A stretch of DNA of 61,196 nt from a virus (Duplodnaviria > Caudoviricetes): positions 1 through 61,196 of IMG/VR virus record IMGVR_UViG_3300008952_000048. One strand, 5' to 3'. The notes beneath the pieces are model-generated. The model was not told the origin of the DNA, searched no databases, and saw nothing but the letters and a program-made list of their open reading frames with translations. Made by a program: the position numbers and the translations under genes. Below, piece by piece: positions 8,096-18,135 of this stretch (the stretch's first letter is position 1; each line of letters starts with the position of its first letter).

Positions 8096-11000
8096 ATGGA
8101 AGAACAACTAGAACTTTTATATCAGAAGTGGAAAGACCCCTACCAAAACCGCACAGCGCGGGCGATGACGTTTCCAGTCTATGCCACCTTCGTCCCCGAT
8201 ATCCTTGACGATCCCATCCCTCCTACATTTTACATTAACGGGATACCACTTGATGAATTTGAGTGTGAATATATTTACGGCCGGGCCGTCACAGACGACT
8301 CAGATTATTTTATTAGCTTCTATGAAACAGATGCCGGCCAAATGCGTTTGCAATATGATGAATATGTTCTTGAGGAACAGAATCGTCAACTAGAAATTTC
8401 GCTAGAAAATGAACGCCGCCGCCGAGACGACCAAAAAGCTGCAGACGCTCAAACCAGTCTCACACTCAGTGACTATGAAGCCGGCCAGAAAAGGCTGTGG
8501 GAAAGAACCAACAGCAACACCCCTGCCGCAATAAAAAAACTAAAAGAAGATCTTCTATATATCCGACCATATTTCCAAAGAAAGGAAATAGCCACCCCCT
8601 CAAACATAGCGGCCCAAGAAGCGTCCGACGCCGGTGAGGTATACTTTCTCGCCAACCCAATTGGCCCTGATGGATATACTGGGATGAACACAGATATCGG
8701 ACCACTTAAGGACAAGGTATTTGAAGCGATCACCGCCCATTACGAATCCGCCAATGCACCCACCCTCTTTAATCCCCCGTTGAAAGCTGCCATCCGCGTC
8801 CTGCGGGAATATTTTGGCCTCCGGCGCGCAGACTATCCCAACCCCACTTTCTATATTGAGCTGGAAAGGATAAAGACTGAAGTGGCTACGTATTTTGGCC
8901 GACCACTAAATCAGGAAATTTATGAGCCCCGCGACCTTGTTACTCCCACTTCTGATCCTTTCCTTTCTCAAAAAATGACAATGGCGCCAATTTTCACGGA
9001 GGAGGAAATAGAGGAGTTGGAGTTAATAAATTTAAACCCAATCCTGCCAGAAGATCTCTTGGACGACAAAAAGAGGATCTTAGATCCTAACTTTAAATTA
9101 TGGTCATCCTCCCCCGATGGACAACCAAATGAAGATTTTCCAAGCATAGATGGAAAACGCGTCAAGGCTGCAGATGGTGAATTTAGTATCGCAGGCACCA
9201 AGGCTGAAGGTCAAATTAAAAATTTCTATGATGTGTATGCGAGCTCTACTCAATCCTTGAGGTGGCTCTTTGAAATGCATCAGAAAACCCTAGAAGACAC
9301 CCTAGCAAATGATCCGACCTCTATAAGTGCAAACGGCAATGATTTTGAATTGGATTTTGAGAATCTTGAACTTGTCATGCGCGCAATAGAAATAATCAAG
9401 ACCGAGAATACCTTCGCCGCGAAAATGCCCATTTCGGAGCAAGAATTCGACACTCTGTCAAAATTCCAAGCAACTCTGGCAGTAACAAAGGGAGACTCAG
9501 CGGTAGTAAGAGCTATATTTATATATTATTTTGATAAAGATTTTCAGGACTACGAGGCTACTCCCTTTCGAGAACCCGTAATCAAAACTATTGCCGTAAA
9601 GAACGGAAATCCGGATCTTCCTCCCCCCTTCCCCGATTACATGTCCGGCAACACTGTAAGATATCTCAGCAAGATTCGTGACCTTGAAGAAGCAGCATAT
9701 GAAATTTTTGGAGAAGATTATATCAATGAAATGCAGTATCAGAGAGATTCTCAAGCCAAAATGCAAGCGGCTACCAAAAAGCTTGAAAAGAGATATAACG
9801 GTTGTTTTAGTCCCGATTCGTGGTATGCCAACATTCACGCTGGAATGGAGAAACTTCTCACACACAAATATGCTGATATATTTAAGTTTTCAAAAGAATT
9901 TCAAAAACCACCGATAACCAAAAAAGCCGGGACAGAAGAAGAGAAGAATAAAGACCGGGCCAAGAATAACACCGAAGACGTTTCTGCATTTAAGAAAATA
10001 ATGACAGGAACAAAAAAAGATATCGAGAAGACGGTAAAGGATATAGCTATCAACGCAACAGCGGAGGACTATACGGTCAGAGAGGGTGACAAAATTGAGA
10101 TATCTGTAGATCCCAATGCTAGCATGGAATTTAATCGTATCGGCGACGAAGCCGATTCGGTATTGAAGGACTTGCGCTTGCAGATAGTTGGCCACCCTCG
10201 ACAACAAACGTCCGATTGGGATTATCTTCGTGCGCCAGGGTCATTAGCGGATCTTGCCGTGACAAGAAACTTTCCCCCCACTGAGGATTGGTTTTACAAA
10301 CTGAACCCCTCCTTCATGCCAACTACCGTCGGCCCCGAAACCAAAAACGTTCCTCTCAAGGCCGGCCAAATAATAAAGATCCCCAAAGCCGGTGGTTTTG
10401 ATCCAGGCGCGATGCAAGCCGCCGGCGCATCAATGTTCTCCGGCATCACAGAAGACATCGGAGTCGAAGAGTGGCCAAAGTTCTTTAAGGAGGCCCTTCT
10501 AGATCCCCTTATTTTAAAAATCTGCCCAGAGACTCTTCCTTCGAGAATTGTTGAGTGTTTGTTGCCATCAAACTGCAGGGAACTTATAAAATATGTTGGC
10601 CTATGGCGGGCCCGCCAGCTTCTGGAATATATCGTTCAATTTGATGTATTTGAATTTAGAGATTCCCGCCCTGGCATCCAAAAAGCTCTCGACGAATGGG
10701 ATGAGCTCATTTCCGATAGGTATAACTTTAAAGCAGTCACCTTTAACGGAGATGGTTTCCTAAAGTCGGGCCCAATAGACGGGAACATCCTTTACCCAGC
10801 GGGAGCAGACAAGGTTTCCGTATCACTCCTCGTCAGAATTACTGCGGAAGACAATTCAGCAAACGGAATACCAAACCAGAGGAAAATTAATGGGGAGCGC
10901 CAAAAATGTATCTTAACCCAGAAGGGGACATTCTCAATAAGAACCAAAAAGGGGAATATAAGTATCTTTCTAACGTCTGCAGATGGCAAAGAAGTTGAAT

Positions 11001-14000
11001 ATACCCTGACCGGATCAGATAAATTCCATGATGGTAAATTCCATCAGGTGGGCTTTTCATGGCTGGGAGCAATAGGAGAATTGGTGGCCATAATTGACGG
11101 CCAGGAAATCCCCACAATACTTATAGATGGAGAAAAGTTTCGAGGGCCACTGGCAGTCGAAGAGAAAAGTAGTGCCACCCCGTCCTCAACTGGAACATCG
11201 GAAATTATAGTGGCATCTGCAAACTCAGAAAAGAGCGTAAAAGGATTCGCAGGTCAAATAGATGAGATATGTATTTTTAATAAAGTCTTATCACCTCAAG
11301 ATTGGGTGAAGCTGGCTAAGGTACAAAGTGATCAAAACTTGTCGACTAAAGGACTCTCGCGCTATGCATCTGCTTGGTGGAGAATGGGAGATACAGTTGG
11401 TGACGCACTAACATCCAGATCTATCCAGTATAATAAGGGAGAAATAGTTGATCGCATATCTTCTATAAATTTATCACCTGTCACTCAACCGGATGGCGGC
11501 GTTAGAGAAGATGATCCTCGCTCTCCGGGAAAAGCATGGGCATCCTTTGAGAAAGGTTCCCAATTTATTGTCGTGACGAGACTCTTTAAACCGAGTGACG
11601 AAGACGAGTTTCTTTCAATAATTGATCGGAATGTCGATTTGGTGAGGTTGTGCGATTATTTCGTTAAACAAATAAAAGATGTTTTGGCCTTCGCTGCCGA
11701 CCCGGAAAAAATAATTGATGATATTGAGGCCATGCTTAAGATACCTGAGTTCCCAAAAGATCCCCACTTTGAGATTGAGGTCTTTATAAAGAAGGCGGTC
11801 TTTGAGCAGTTGATAAAACAGTTTTCTCAATTTTTATTAGACCTCGTTGAAGAATACATATTAAATTGCGAGAACTGGAGAGGACTTGTTCAGGCTTTAG
11901 TAAAGGGAACCCTCTCTGGTGGTGACGTCGGTGCTGCATGGAAAGATGCCTTTGGGGACAATATGAACCAAAATCCTCTTATGCAGCTTTTGGGAGGCAA
12001 CGTAACTTTTGAGGATATGTTTAAAGCGGCCGCTCCTGCCATAGCCAACTCAATAGAGTCTGTTATTTCCTCCACTGGGTTTCAATATTCTGCCGATGGT
12101 CAGACACCTACGTCTCTCGGCCTCGGTACCGTATTGTTTTCAAACAGAGCCCAACTCGCTGCTGACATTTATGATATGCCGGGGAGCACCGGAGCCTCTA
12201 GTTTTCAGGTGGCCATCCAAAACGGGAACATGGAAACAGCAGCTACTATAGAATTAATTAAAAAGACAACTGAAGAAATCCGCCCGGATGAAGCATTGGA
12301 ACTCTTCTCTGGAAACGCCTCCGCTCAAACGTTGGAAAAAGTCAAGCAGGTCGTGAGAGATAATTTTTCTGACTCATCAGTCATCAATGTAGAAACGGTG
12401 CCTATCCTTTTTGCCTCTTTTGCCGAGGCCATCGGCGCCGGTAATTCAATAAACCAATTTCAGGTCATGTCACAGTTTCTTATGAATAATTTCCCCCCCT
12501 CTGGAGATCCCTGCGATCCCGGAAGCACATTTAGAGATAAGATTGGCCAAGGGCTTGATAGGATGCAAGATCAGCGAGGAAAAGATCTTATCGACAAGGG
12601 TCTTGATTTGGGCCAAGAACGGCCCCCCAACAATTGCCCCCTTGCAATCCCGTTAACGGCCTATGAACGCCGAGCACTCAGAAACACCATCACCACAACC
12701 TATACTCCTGTTTTGTCTGCCTACGATAATGACCTTAACTTGTATCGAGTTGGCCTGACTTCTGTGGGGAAAACAGAAGAGAAGATTCGAAAAATATACT
12801 GGAAGGGTGAAACTATAACGCAGAAAGTTTTTGATGGCAACGCAGGGGTCGAGGAAAAAGCAATAGAAATTGAAAAAACCCAGGTGAACCCCACCTTTAA
12901 GGTTTTGATTGAGCAGGGGTATATTCCCATGACAAGCAAGGGAGAAGTCGATGGGACTGAGTATGGCGGTGTTGTTAAGACCCAGTGGAACCCCTTCAAG
13001 GATAATTGGCTTGGCGAAAAAAGACCGCCTGAATCCTTGGTTGCAAAGCAGCCTGCCACTGAGGATGATGACGTCGAGCAACCAGATATTGATATCGGAG
13101 ATTTACATAAGAGCTTGGGCCCATATACTGATTATGATGACAGCGAAGAAGTAGGAGGAAGTGCATATGCGGCAGTTCAAACCCCATCTGTGAAGTTGGG
13201 AGGTAAGTCTATTGAGGCCCTATCAATGACGAACGCCAAATTCTCAATGTCCGACGAAGAGTCAGAAGAAAGAGCTTATTACTTCAAATCGCGCAAGGAA
13301 GCAGAATCATGGCGGGGATATAAAAATATAATATCCTCCAACGAATCGAGCATATACGGATCAGGAATGTTGGACGAAAACTATGCAGGAGATACAAATA
13401 GTCGCTCTACCATGGTTTATCAGACCAAATATGGAACGGAGCTAGCCGGCAAGAAGAAAATCTCCTACATCAAGAAAACCCCCACAGGATCTAATATTTA
13501 TAATTTTGATGCCAATTTAGATTTTAAACTTTCATCCGACTTGAGGCAGAAAATTTTAGATTCTGGGTTTCAAGACGCTGAACCCTCCGAAGAGGTCTGC
13601 GATGACGCGTCATCAGCCACCACCGCAATGCCGGAGGAACTAAAGTATACTCCACAAGAAAACGTTTTTGAGTTTGTGGTTAATAATGAAAATTCTAACT
13701 TGCAAGTTGGCGCGGATGAAATAAAAACCTCCGTATATGATTCGGTCTACAGAGAAACACTAACAGCGATGATGATGAAGGTGGCTGACTCTCCCCTTTT
13801 AAAGACTGTGCCAGGAACTACCGACGGTGGCAACGCTGGCCTCGTGGGGCTGAACTTTCTGAATTTAAATCAAACTCCACGCCTCATTGATATGGAATCG
13901 TTTGCGCTGCAGGTGTCTGAGGACTATGCTTCATTGTTAGCCTGCCCCGATGAGTCGACGGAAGCTCCTATCTATCGAGCCCTCAAAATGTCAGTGACAA

Positions 14001-15838
14001 GAATGCTTGCTAGAATTTGTTTGGTTGATTTTATGTTGAGAGGGATAATACCATTTTCACAACTAGCTTTTAGCAAAAAAGATCCGGTCATAAAGAAATT
14101 CATTATACAGAAGTTGGAAGTAGATTTAAATGTATTTACGACTGCAACTAACCGCCTCTCCAAGTCGGAGGTTTTGGATGGAATTCATGGAAAGATTGTC
14201 GAAGAATTCAACACCCAGGCCGCCAGCGGAGACATTGATGAAGACCTCCTCGATGTCGCTATGTTTCGCGAGAACTGGCGAGATGCAATAGATTACTACA
14301 TAGAAGATGAGTTTGATTTTATTTTAAATAGAATAAAAGAAACTGTCCACGGTGGATGCATTGAAGAGGAATCAGAATCACCCGATGGTATCACCAAAGA
14401 TATGTACCGCGCCATCTTAAAGTATGCAAACGGAAGAGAGGGAAATCTCAGGACAGAAAAATATACAGTTTCTAAATCTGGACAAAAGAAAACAGATTAC
14501 TTTGTAGATTCCAATGAGGCTCAAGCGAACTTATCTAAGGTTGGGATATCCTTGTTTTACTCACACAACAATAAGAAAATTGTCCTATGTACTGTTGAAA
14601 AAGATTATGACGAAGTTAAGGAAACACTTCAGATTCCCGACATCATTGGCGAAGTGGATTGCGATGATCGCTCTCTATATTCCCCCGAAGGGGAAACAAC
14701 CAAGAACCATGATCATTCTCATGGCTACGAGATTGATGCAAATGGAAATGGGAGAACAACTACAACAATCGGCTCCAGTGTCCCCCACACTCATCCGATA
14801 AATAGATATACGGTGGTTCCGAAGATTGCATCGGACGGAACGGTAGAGCACGTTCACTCGCTTCCGAAGAATCCTAGCGAAGCTCAAGTCGCAGCTGGCA
14901 GCCTGAAAGTAAAAATTGAAGATTATATGGAAGAGTTACTAATCGAGGAGGACAACTTTAAGATAATGTTTGATTATTGTTTTGATCTTAAAGAAGTGTC
15001 TTCTCTTGTTTTGGTCTATTCTGTCATCTCTGCTGAGAACCAAATTATGCTTAATTGTTTTAACGGAACCAAGAAAGCGATTATTGACATGTATGGTTGG
15101 CTTTGGCAGGAGGGCCCAACGACAGATCCTTGTAGTAGTGATATTTCTAAGCCCTTCGCCCCTGACTTTGGAGACCTCCTGCCCGATTTTGGAGATTTCA
15201 TGGACAACCCACAGGCTCTTCTAATGTTTATCCTGGCCCCTCTTTTAACATTTCGTGGCTGGACGAAGACAGCCGATCCCCACGTATTCGTGACGACAAC
15301 CATCATGGATGTCTTTAATATGCCCATAAACCCAAAATGGTCCAAGAAAAATATACAGGTTAACCCCCTCGATCCAACCGATGTTGAGTGCATGTGTTGG
15401 CCCTCGTGGCCCGGCACCAGACCAATGGATGATATAACTATCGCTACACACTTTGCCATCAATGGCCTCACTCTCGAAGCAGCAGTCGCGCTGGGCGTTA
15501 CATGGGCCCCAGTGCCCATCACCGGAGTCCCCTTTACACCAACCCCATTTGGAATGTGGTATTATTTTCTTGTAATGCCACTTATTTGGCTCATAAGAGA
15601 CCTACCGAGACTCGTTGATATGTACCAGCAGACCGATCAGGGCGTCCAAGCTTTAGCTAGTATTGGAATGGGAACCGGTGAGATAGTCTGTGATCCAGAG
15701 GATCCAACACAGTCGAATGCTAATGCTAACCAATCAAGCGGTGAAGAGGATTGCCCATCGCTGACACAGCCCACTGACTGCCCACCACTTAAACCAATGG
15801 CAGAAACAATTATAGATGTTTCTTCTTCAGAGTGTTAA
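8096..15838 (+). CDS. 2580-aa virion protein with split LysM-like motif, LamG domain, His-rich motif and hydrophobic C-terminal segments
   Basis: YTVREGD...LKAGQIIKIP; LamG-like AVTFNG...DGKFHQVGFSW...FAGQIDEICIFNKVLS...WWRMGD; HDHSH/HTH/HVH; directly upstream of gp25. Confidence 0.75.
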   Translation: MEEQLELLYQKWKDPYQNRTARAMTFPVYATFVPDILDDPIPPTFYINGIPLDEFECEYIYGRAVTDDSDYFISFYETDAGQMRLQYDEYVLEEQNRQLEISLENERRRRDDQKAADAQTSLTLSDYEAGQKRLWERTNSNTPAAIKKLKEDLLYIRPYFQRKEIATPSNIAAQEASDAGEVYFLANPIGPDGYTGMNTDIGPLKDKVFEAITAHYESANAPTLFNPPLKAAIRVLREYFGLRRADYPNPTFYIELERIKTEVATYFGRPLNQEIYEPRDLVTPTSDPFLSQKMTMAPIFTEEEIEELELINLNPILPEDLLDDKKRILDPNFKLWSSSPDGQPNEDFPSIDGKRVKAADGEFSIAGTKAEGQIKNFYDVYASSTQSLRWLFEMHQKTLEDTLANDPTSISANGNDFELDFENLELVMRAIEIIKTENTFAAKMPISEQEFDTLSKFQATLAVTKGDSAVVRAIFIYYFDKDFQDYEATPFREPVIKTIAVKNGNPDLPPPFPDYMSGNTVRYLSKIRDLEEAAYEIFGEDYINEMQYQRDSQAKMQAATKKLEKRYNGCFSPDSWYANIHAGMEKLLTHKYADIFKFSKEFQKPPITKKAGTEEEKNKDRAKNNTEDVSAFKKIMTGTKKDIEKTVKDIAINATAEDYTVREGDKIEISVDPNASMEFNRIGDEADSVLKDLRLQIVGHPRQQTSDWDYLRAPGSLADLAVTRNFPPTEDWFYKLNPSFMPTTVGPETKNVPLKAGQIIKIPKAGGFDPGAMQAAGASMFSGITEDIGVEEWPKFFKEALLDPLILKICPETLPSRIVECLLPSNCRELIKYVGLWRARQLLEYIVQFDVFEFRDSRPGIQKALDEWDELISDRYNFKAVTFNGDGFLKSGPIDGNILYPAGADKVSVSLLVRITAEDNSANGIPNQRKINGERQKCILTQKGTFSIRTKKGNISIFLTSADGKEVEYTLTGSDKFHDGKFHQVGFSWLGAIGELVAIIDGQEIPTILIDGEKFRGPLAVEEKSSATPSSTGTSEIIVASANSEKSVKGFAGQIDEICIFNKVLSPQDWVKLAKVQSDQNLSTKGLSRYASAWWRMGDTVGDALTSRSIQYNKGEIVDRISSINLSPVTQPDGGVREDDPRSPGKAWASFEKGSQFIVVTRLFKPSDEDEFLSIIDRNVDLVRLCDYFVKQIKDVLAFAADPEKIIDDIEAMLKIPEFPKDPHFEIEVFIKKAVFEQLIKQFSQFLLDLVEEYILNCENWRGLVQALVKGTLSGGDVGAAWKDAFGDNMNQNPLMQLLGGNVTFEDMFKAAAPAIANSIESVISSTGFQYSADGQTPTSLGLGTVLFSNRAQLAADIYDMPGSTGASSFQVAIQNGNMETAATIELIKKTTEEIRPDEALELFSGNASAQTLEKVKQVVRDNFSDSSVINVETVPILFASFAEAIGAGNSINQFQVMSQFLMNNFPPSGDPCDPGSTFRDKIGQGLDRMQDQRGKDLIDKGLDLGQERPPNNCPLAIPLTAYERRALRNTITTTYTPVLSAYDNDLNLYRVGLTSVGKTEEKIRKIYWKGETITQKVFDGNAGVEEKAIEIEKTQVNPTFKVLIEQGYIPMTSKGEVDGTEYGGVVKTQWNPFKDNWLGEKRPPESLVAKQPATEDDDVEQPDIDIGDLHKSLGPYTDYDDSEEVGGSAYAAVQTPSVKLGGKSIEALSMTNAKFSMSDEESEERAYYFKSRKEAESWRGYKNIISSNESSIYGSGMLDENYAGDTNSRSTMVYQTKYGTELAGKKKISYIKKTPTGSNIYNFDANLDFKLSSDLRQKILDSGFQDAEPSEEVCDDASSATTAMPEELKYTPQENVFEFVVNNENSNLQVGADEIKTSVYDSVYRETLTAMMMKVADSPLLKTVPGTTDGGNAGLVGLNFLNLNQTPRLIDMESFALQVSEDYASLLACPDESTEAPIYRALKMSVTRMLARICLVDFMLRGIIPFSQLAFSKKDPVIKKFIIQKLEVDLNVFTTATNRLSKSEVLDGIHGKIVEEFNTQAASGDIDEDLLDVAMFRENWRDAIDYYIEDEFDFILNRIKETVHGGCIEEESESPDGITKDMYRAILKYANGREGNLRTEKYTVSKSGQKKTDYFVDSNEAQANLSKVGISLFYSHNNKKIVLCTVEKDYDEVKETLQIPDIIGEVDCDDRSLYSPEGETTKNHDHSHGYEIDANGNGRTTTTIGSSVPHTHPINRYTVVPKIASDGTVEHVHSLPKNPSEAQVAAGSLKVKIEDYMEELLIEEDNFKIMFDYCFDLKEVSSLVLVYSVISAENQIMLNCFNGTKKAIIDMYGWLWQEGPTTDPCSSDISKPFAPDFGDLLPDFGDFMDNPQALLMFILAPLLTFRGWTKTADPHVFVTTTIMDVFNMPINPKWSKKNIQVNPLDPTDVECMCWPSWPGTRPMDDITIATHFAINGLTLEAAVALGVTWAPVPITGVPFTPTPFGMWYYFLVMPLIWLIRDLPRLVDMYQQTDQGVQALASIGMGTGEIVCDPEDPTQSNANANQSSGEEDCPSLTQPTDCPPLKPMAETIIDVSSSEC

Positions 15839-15862
15839 TATATATTAAAGGAGGTATTTCAC

Positions 15863-16288
15863 ATGGCGACCAAACAAAGAAAAATCTTAACTCCATTTCT
15901 TCCTCTCGTTGAAAGTGGGGAACTAGAGTATAAACATATAGATAATAATGGCGACCTCATAAGGCAGAACTTCAAGAACCTGATTTTAACAATCCCAGGG
16001 GAGAGAATGATGGATCCAGATTTCGGTGTCGGAATCCAAAGGTTCTTATTTGAAAATGCCATTGCCGCATCTTCTGGAATCCAAACAGAAGTAGCTAGAC
16101 AAGTTAGTAAATATATGCCATTTATTAGTATTAGAAACGTTCTCGTCGAGCCGTCTGCAGAGGAAGCCACTCTTATTGTGAGGATCTTTTATTCTGTTCC
16201 GACTTTGGCTATTGAAGAATATATTAATTTATCTTTTGATGCCAATGGTCGCTGGTTATACGATAGTTGGGAAACATCGATAAGTTAA
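15863..16288 (+). CDS. baseplate wedge / sheath-initiator protein (gp25/GPW family)
   Basis: IRQNFKNLILTIPGERMMDPDFGVGIQRFLFE hallmark; AAGGAGGT SD at 15848-15855. Confidence 0.92.
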   Translation: MATKQRKILTPFLPLVESGELEYKHIDNNGDLIRQNFKNLILTIPGERMMDPDFGVGIQRFLFENAIAASSGIQTEVARQVSKYMPFISIRNVLVEPSAEEATLIVRIFYSVPTLAIEEYINLSFDANGRWLYDSWETSIS

Positions 16289-16312
16289 TGATGTGAAACT
16301 TTTAGTTTTCAA

Positions 16313-16319
16313 CTATTTA
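16313..16319 (+). promoter_or_regulatory. putative late promoter CTATTTA
   Basis: Intergenic, upstream of the gp6 SD; the same heptamer recurs in other intergenic gaps. Confidence 0.55.
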
Positions 16320-16341
16320 AAACAGGTAGGAGAACCATTAA

Positions 16342-18135
16342 ATGACAAAACTCAAAAATGTCCCCATAAATTATACCAGTCGAGATTTCGAAACAATCAA
16401 ACAAGACTTGGTAGATCATGCAAAAAGATATTACCCGGATACCTTCCAAGATTTCAATGAAGCCGGCTTTGGTTCTCTAATGCTTGATACAGTTGCATAC
16501 GTTGGCGACATTCTTTCTTTTTATGCAGACTACCAAGCAAGCGAGAGTTTTATCGACACGGCCTCTGAGTTTAATAACCTCATTAGTCTTGGAAAACAAA
16601 CGGGATTTAAGTTAAAGAGGAATACAGCATCGCAAGGGATTGCAACGTTTTTTATTATGGTTCCCGCTAACTCTTCTGGCACCGCGCCAGACACCAGATA
16701 TATACCAATTTTGAAGAAGGAAACTTCGATGACCTCGACCTCAAACGCAAGATTTGTCCTAAACGAAGATGTTAATTTTTTGTCTGGCGACACCGTTGTT
16801 GCAAGAACCGACCCCGACACCGGCGCCCCAACCTATTTTGCTGTGAAGAATTATGGCGCCATTTCTTCAGGAGAGCTCGTCTCGGCCGCTATTACGGTCG
16901 GAACTTTTAAGAAGTACAGAGAAATTTCTGTTGAGGATCCATTTATTACAAATATCGTATCTATTGTCGATTCAGATGGTCACGACTATTATGAGGTTGA
17001 CTACCTAACTCAGAATGTTATTTTTCGGTCTATAGCAAATCGAGATGCAACAACGAGAGAACTGGCCCCAGAGATTCTTAAACCATTGGTAGTTCCGCGC
17101 CGATTTGTAACTGAACACAATGCCGGAGGAATAAAAATACAATTTGGATCAGGACTTGAAGAGACGAATGCCAATGATAGAGTTCTAGACCCATCCTCAG
17201 TATCCATGAAAATGTATGCGAAACCATATATATCAGATGTCGAAATGGATCCAAGCAAACTCCTCTCATCCGACACCCTTGGGGTCTCCCCAGCAAACAC
17301 TCAACTAACAATAACTTACCTCAGAAACACCAGAAGTGATGTGAATATAAGTGCAAATTCCCTGACAAAAGTAGACAGGAATATAATGGAATTTCAGGAT
17401 GTAAACTCTTTAGACCCCTCCCAAGTTGGCATCGTTCGAGCTTCTGTTGAGGTTACGAACGGGAGCCCCATTGTTGGTTCGATTTCTGACACGGACGTAG
17501 ATGAGTTGAGAAGGAGAATTTCTAATTCCTTTTCCAACCAGCGCCGCGCTGTGACACTCAAGGACTATGAAACTATGGCCTACGCTATGCCCTCTAAATT
17601 CGGAGCCCTCAAAAGAATCAGGGCGATAAAAAACCCAAACCCACGACGTGGGAATCTCAACATCGCCGTAATCGCGGAAGATGCCTCTGGTTATCTTACA
17701 GAATCAAATTTAGTTTTGAAAGACAACCTTCGAACGTGGCTCGACAAGGGCCGAATGGTGAGCGATGTTGTTGAAATAACGGATGCAAAGATTATTAATT
17801 TGGGCATAAACTTTACAGCCATCGGCGACTTAGATAAAAACCGAAGCGCCATATTGCAAGATTGCATAGAGGCGATTGCAATCCTGTATAGCAACAAAGC
17901 TGAAATCGGGGAAGCCTTTTATATAACTGATGTGTATAAGACACTTAAAGATGTCGATGGCGTCATTGACGTGGTTGATGTAGGTGTCGTTACTAAGAAT
18001 GGCTCCAATTATAGTAGCATCTCATTTGACATAAATGATAATCTGTCCGAAGATGGAAGGTCTATTGTGATGCCCCGAAACGTAATTTATGAAATCAAAT
18101 ATCCCACCTTGGATATCAAGGGGGCAATTAAATAA
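16342..18135 (+). CDS. baseplate wedge protein (T4 gp6 / baseplate J-like)
   Basis: INYTSRDFETIKQDL, DFNEAGFGSLMLD..AYVGDILSFY, IQFGSG, QRRAVTLKDYE. Confidence 0.9.
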   Translation: MTKLKNVPINYTSRDFETIKQDLVDHAKRYYPDTFQDFNEAGFGSLMLDTVAYVGDILSFYADYQASESFIDTASEFNNLISLGKQTGFKLKRNTASQGIATFFIMVPANSSGTAPDTRYIPILKKETSMTSTSNARFVLNEDVNFLSGDTVVARTDPDTGAPTYFAVKNYGAISSGELVSAAITVGTFKKYREISVEDPFITNIVSIVDSDGHDYYEVDYLTQNVIFRSIANRDATTRELAPEILKPLVVPRRFVTEHNAGGIKIQFGSGLEETNANDRVLDPSSVSMKMYAKPYISDVEMDPSKLLSSDTLGVSPANTQLTITYLRNTRSDVNISANSLTKVDRNIMEFQDVNSLDPSQVGIVRASVEVTNGSPIVGSISDTDVDELRRRISNSFSNQRRAVTLKDYETMAYAMPSKFGALKRIRAIKNPNPRRGNLNIAVIAEDASGYLTESNLVLKDNLRTWLDKGRMVSDVVEITDAKIINLGINFTAIGDLDKNRSAILQDCIEAIAILYSNKAEIGEAFYITDVYKTLKDVDGVIDVVDVGVVTKNGSNYSSISFDINDNLSEDGRSIVMPRNVIYEIKYPTLDIKGAIK

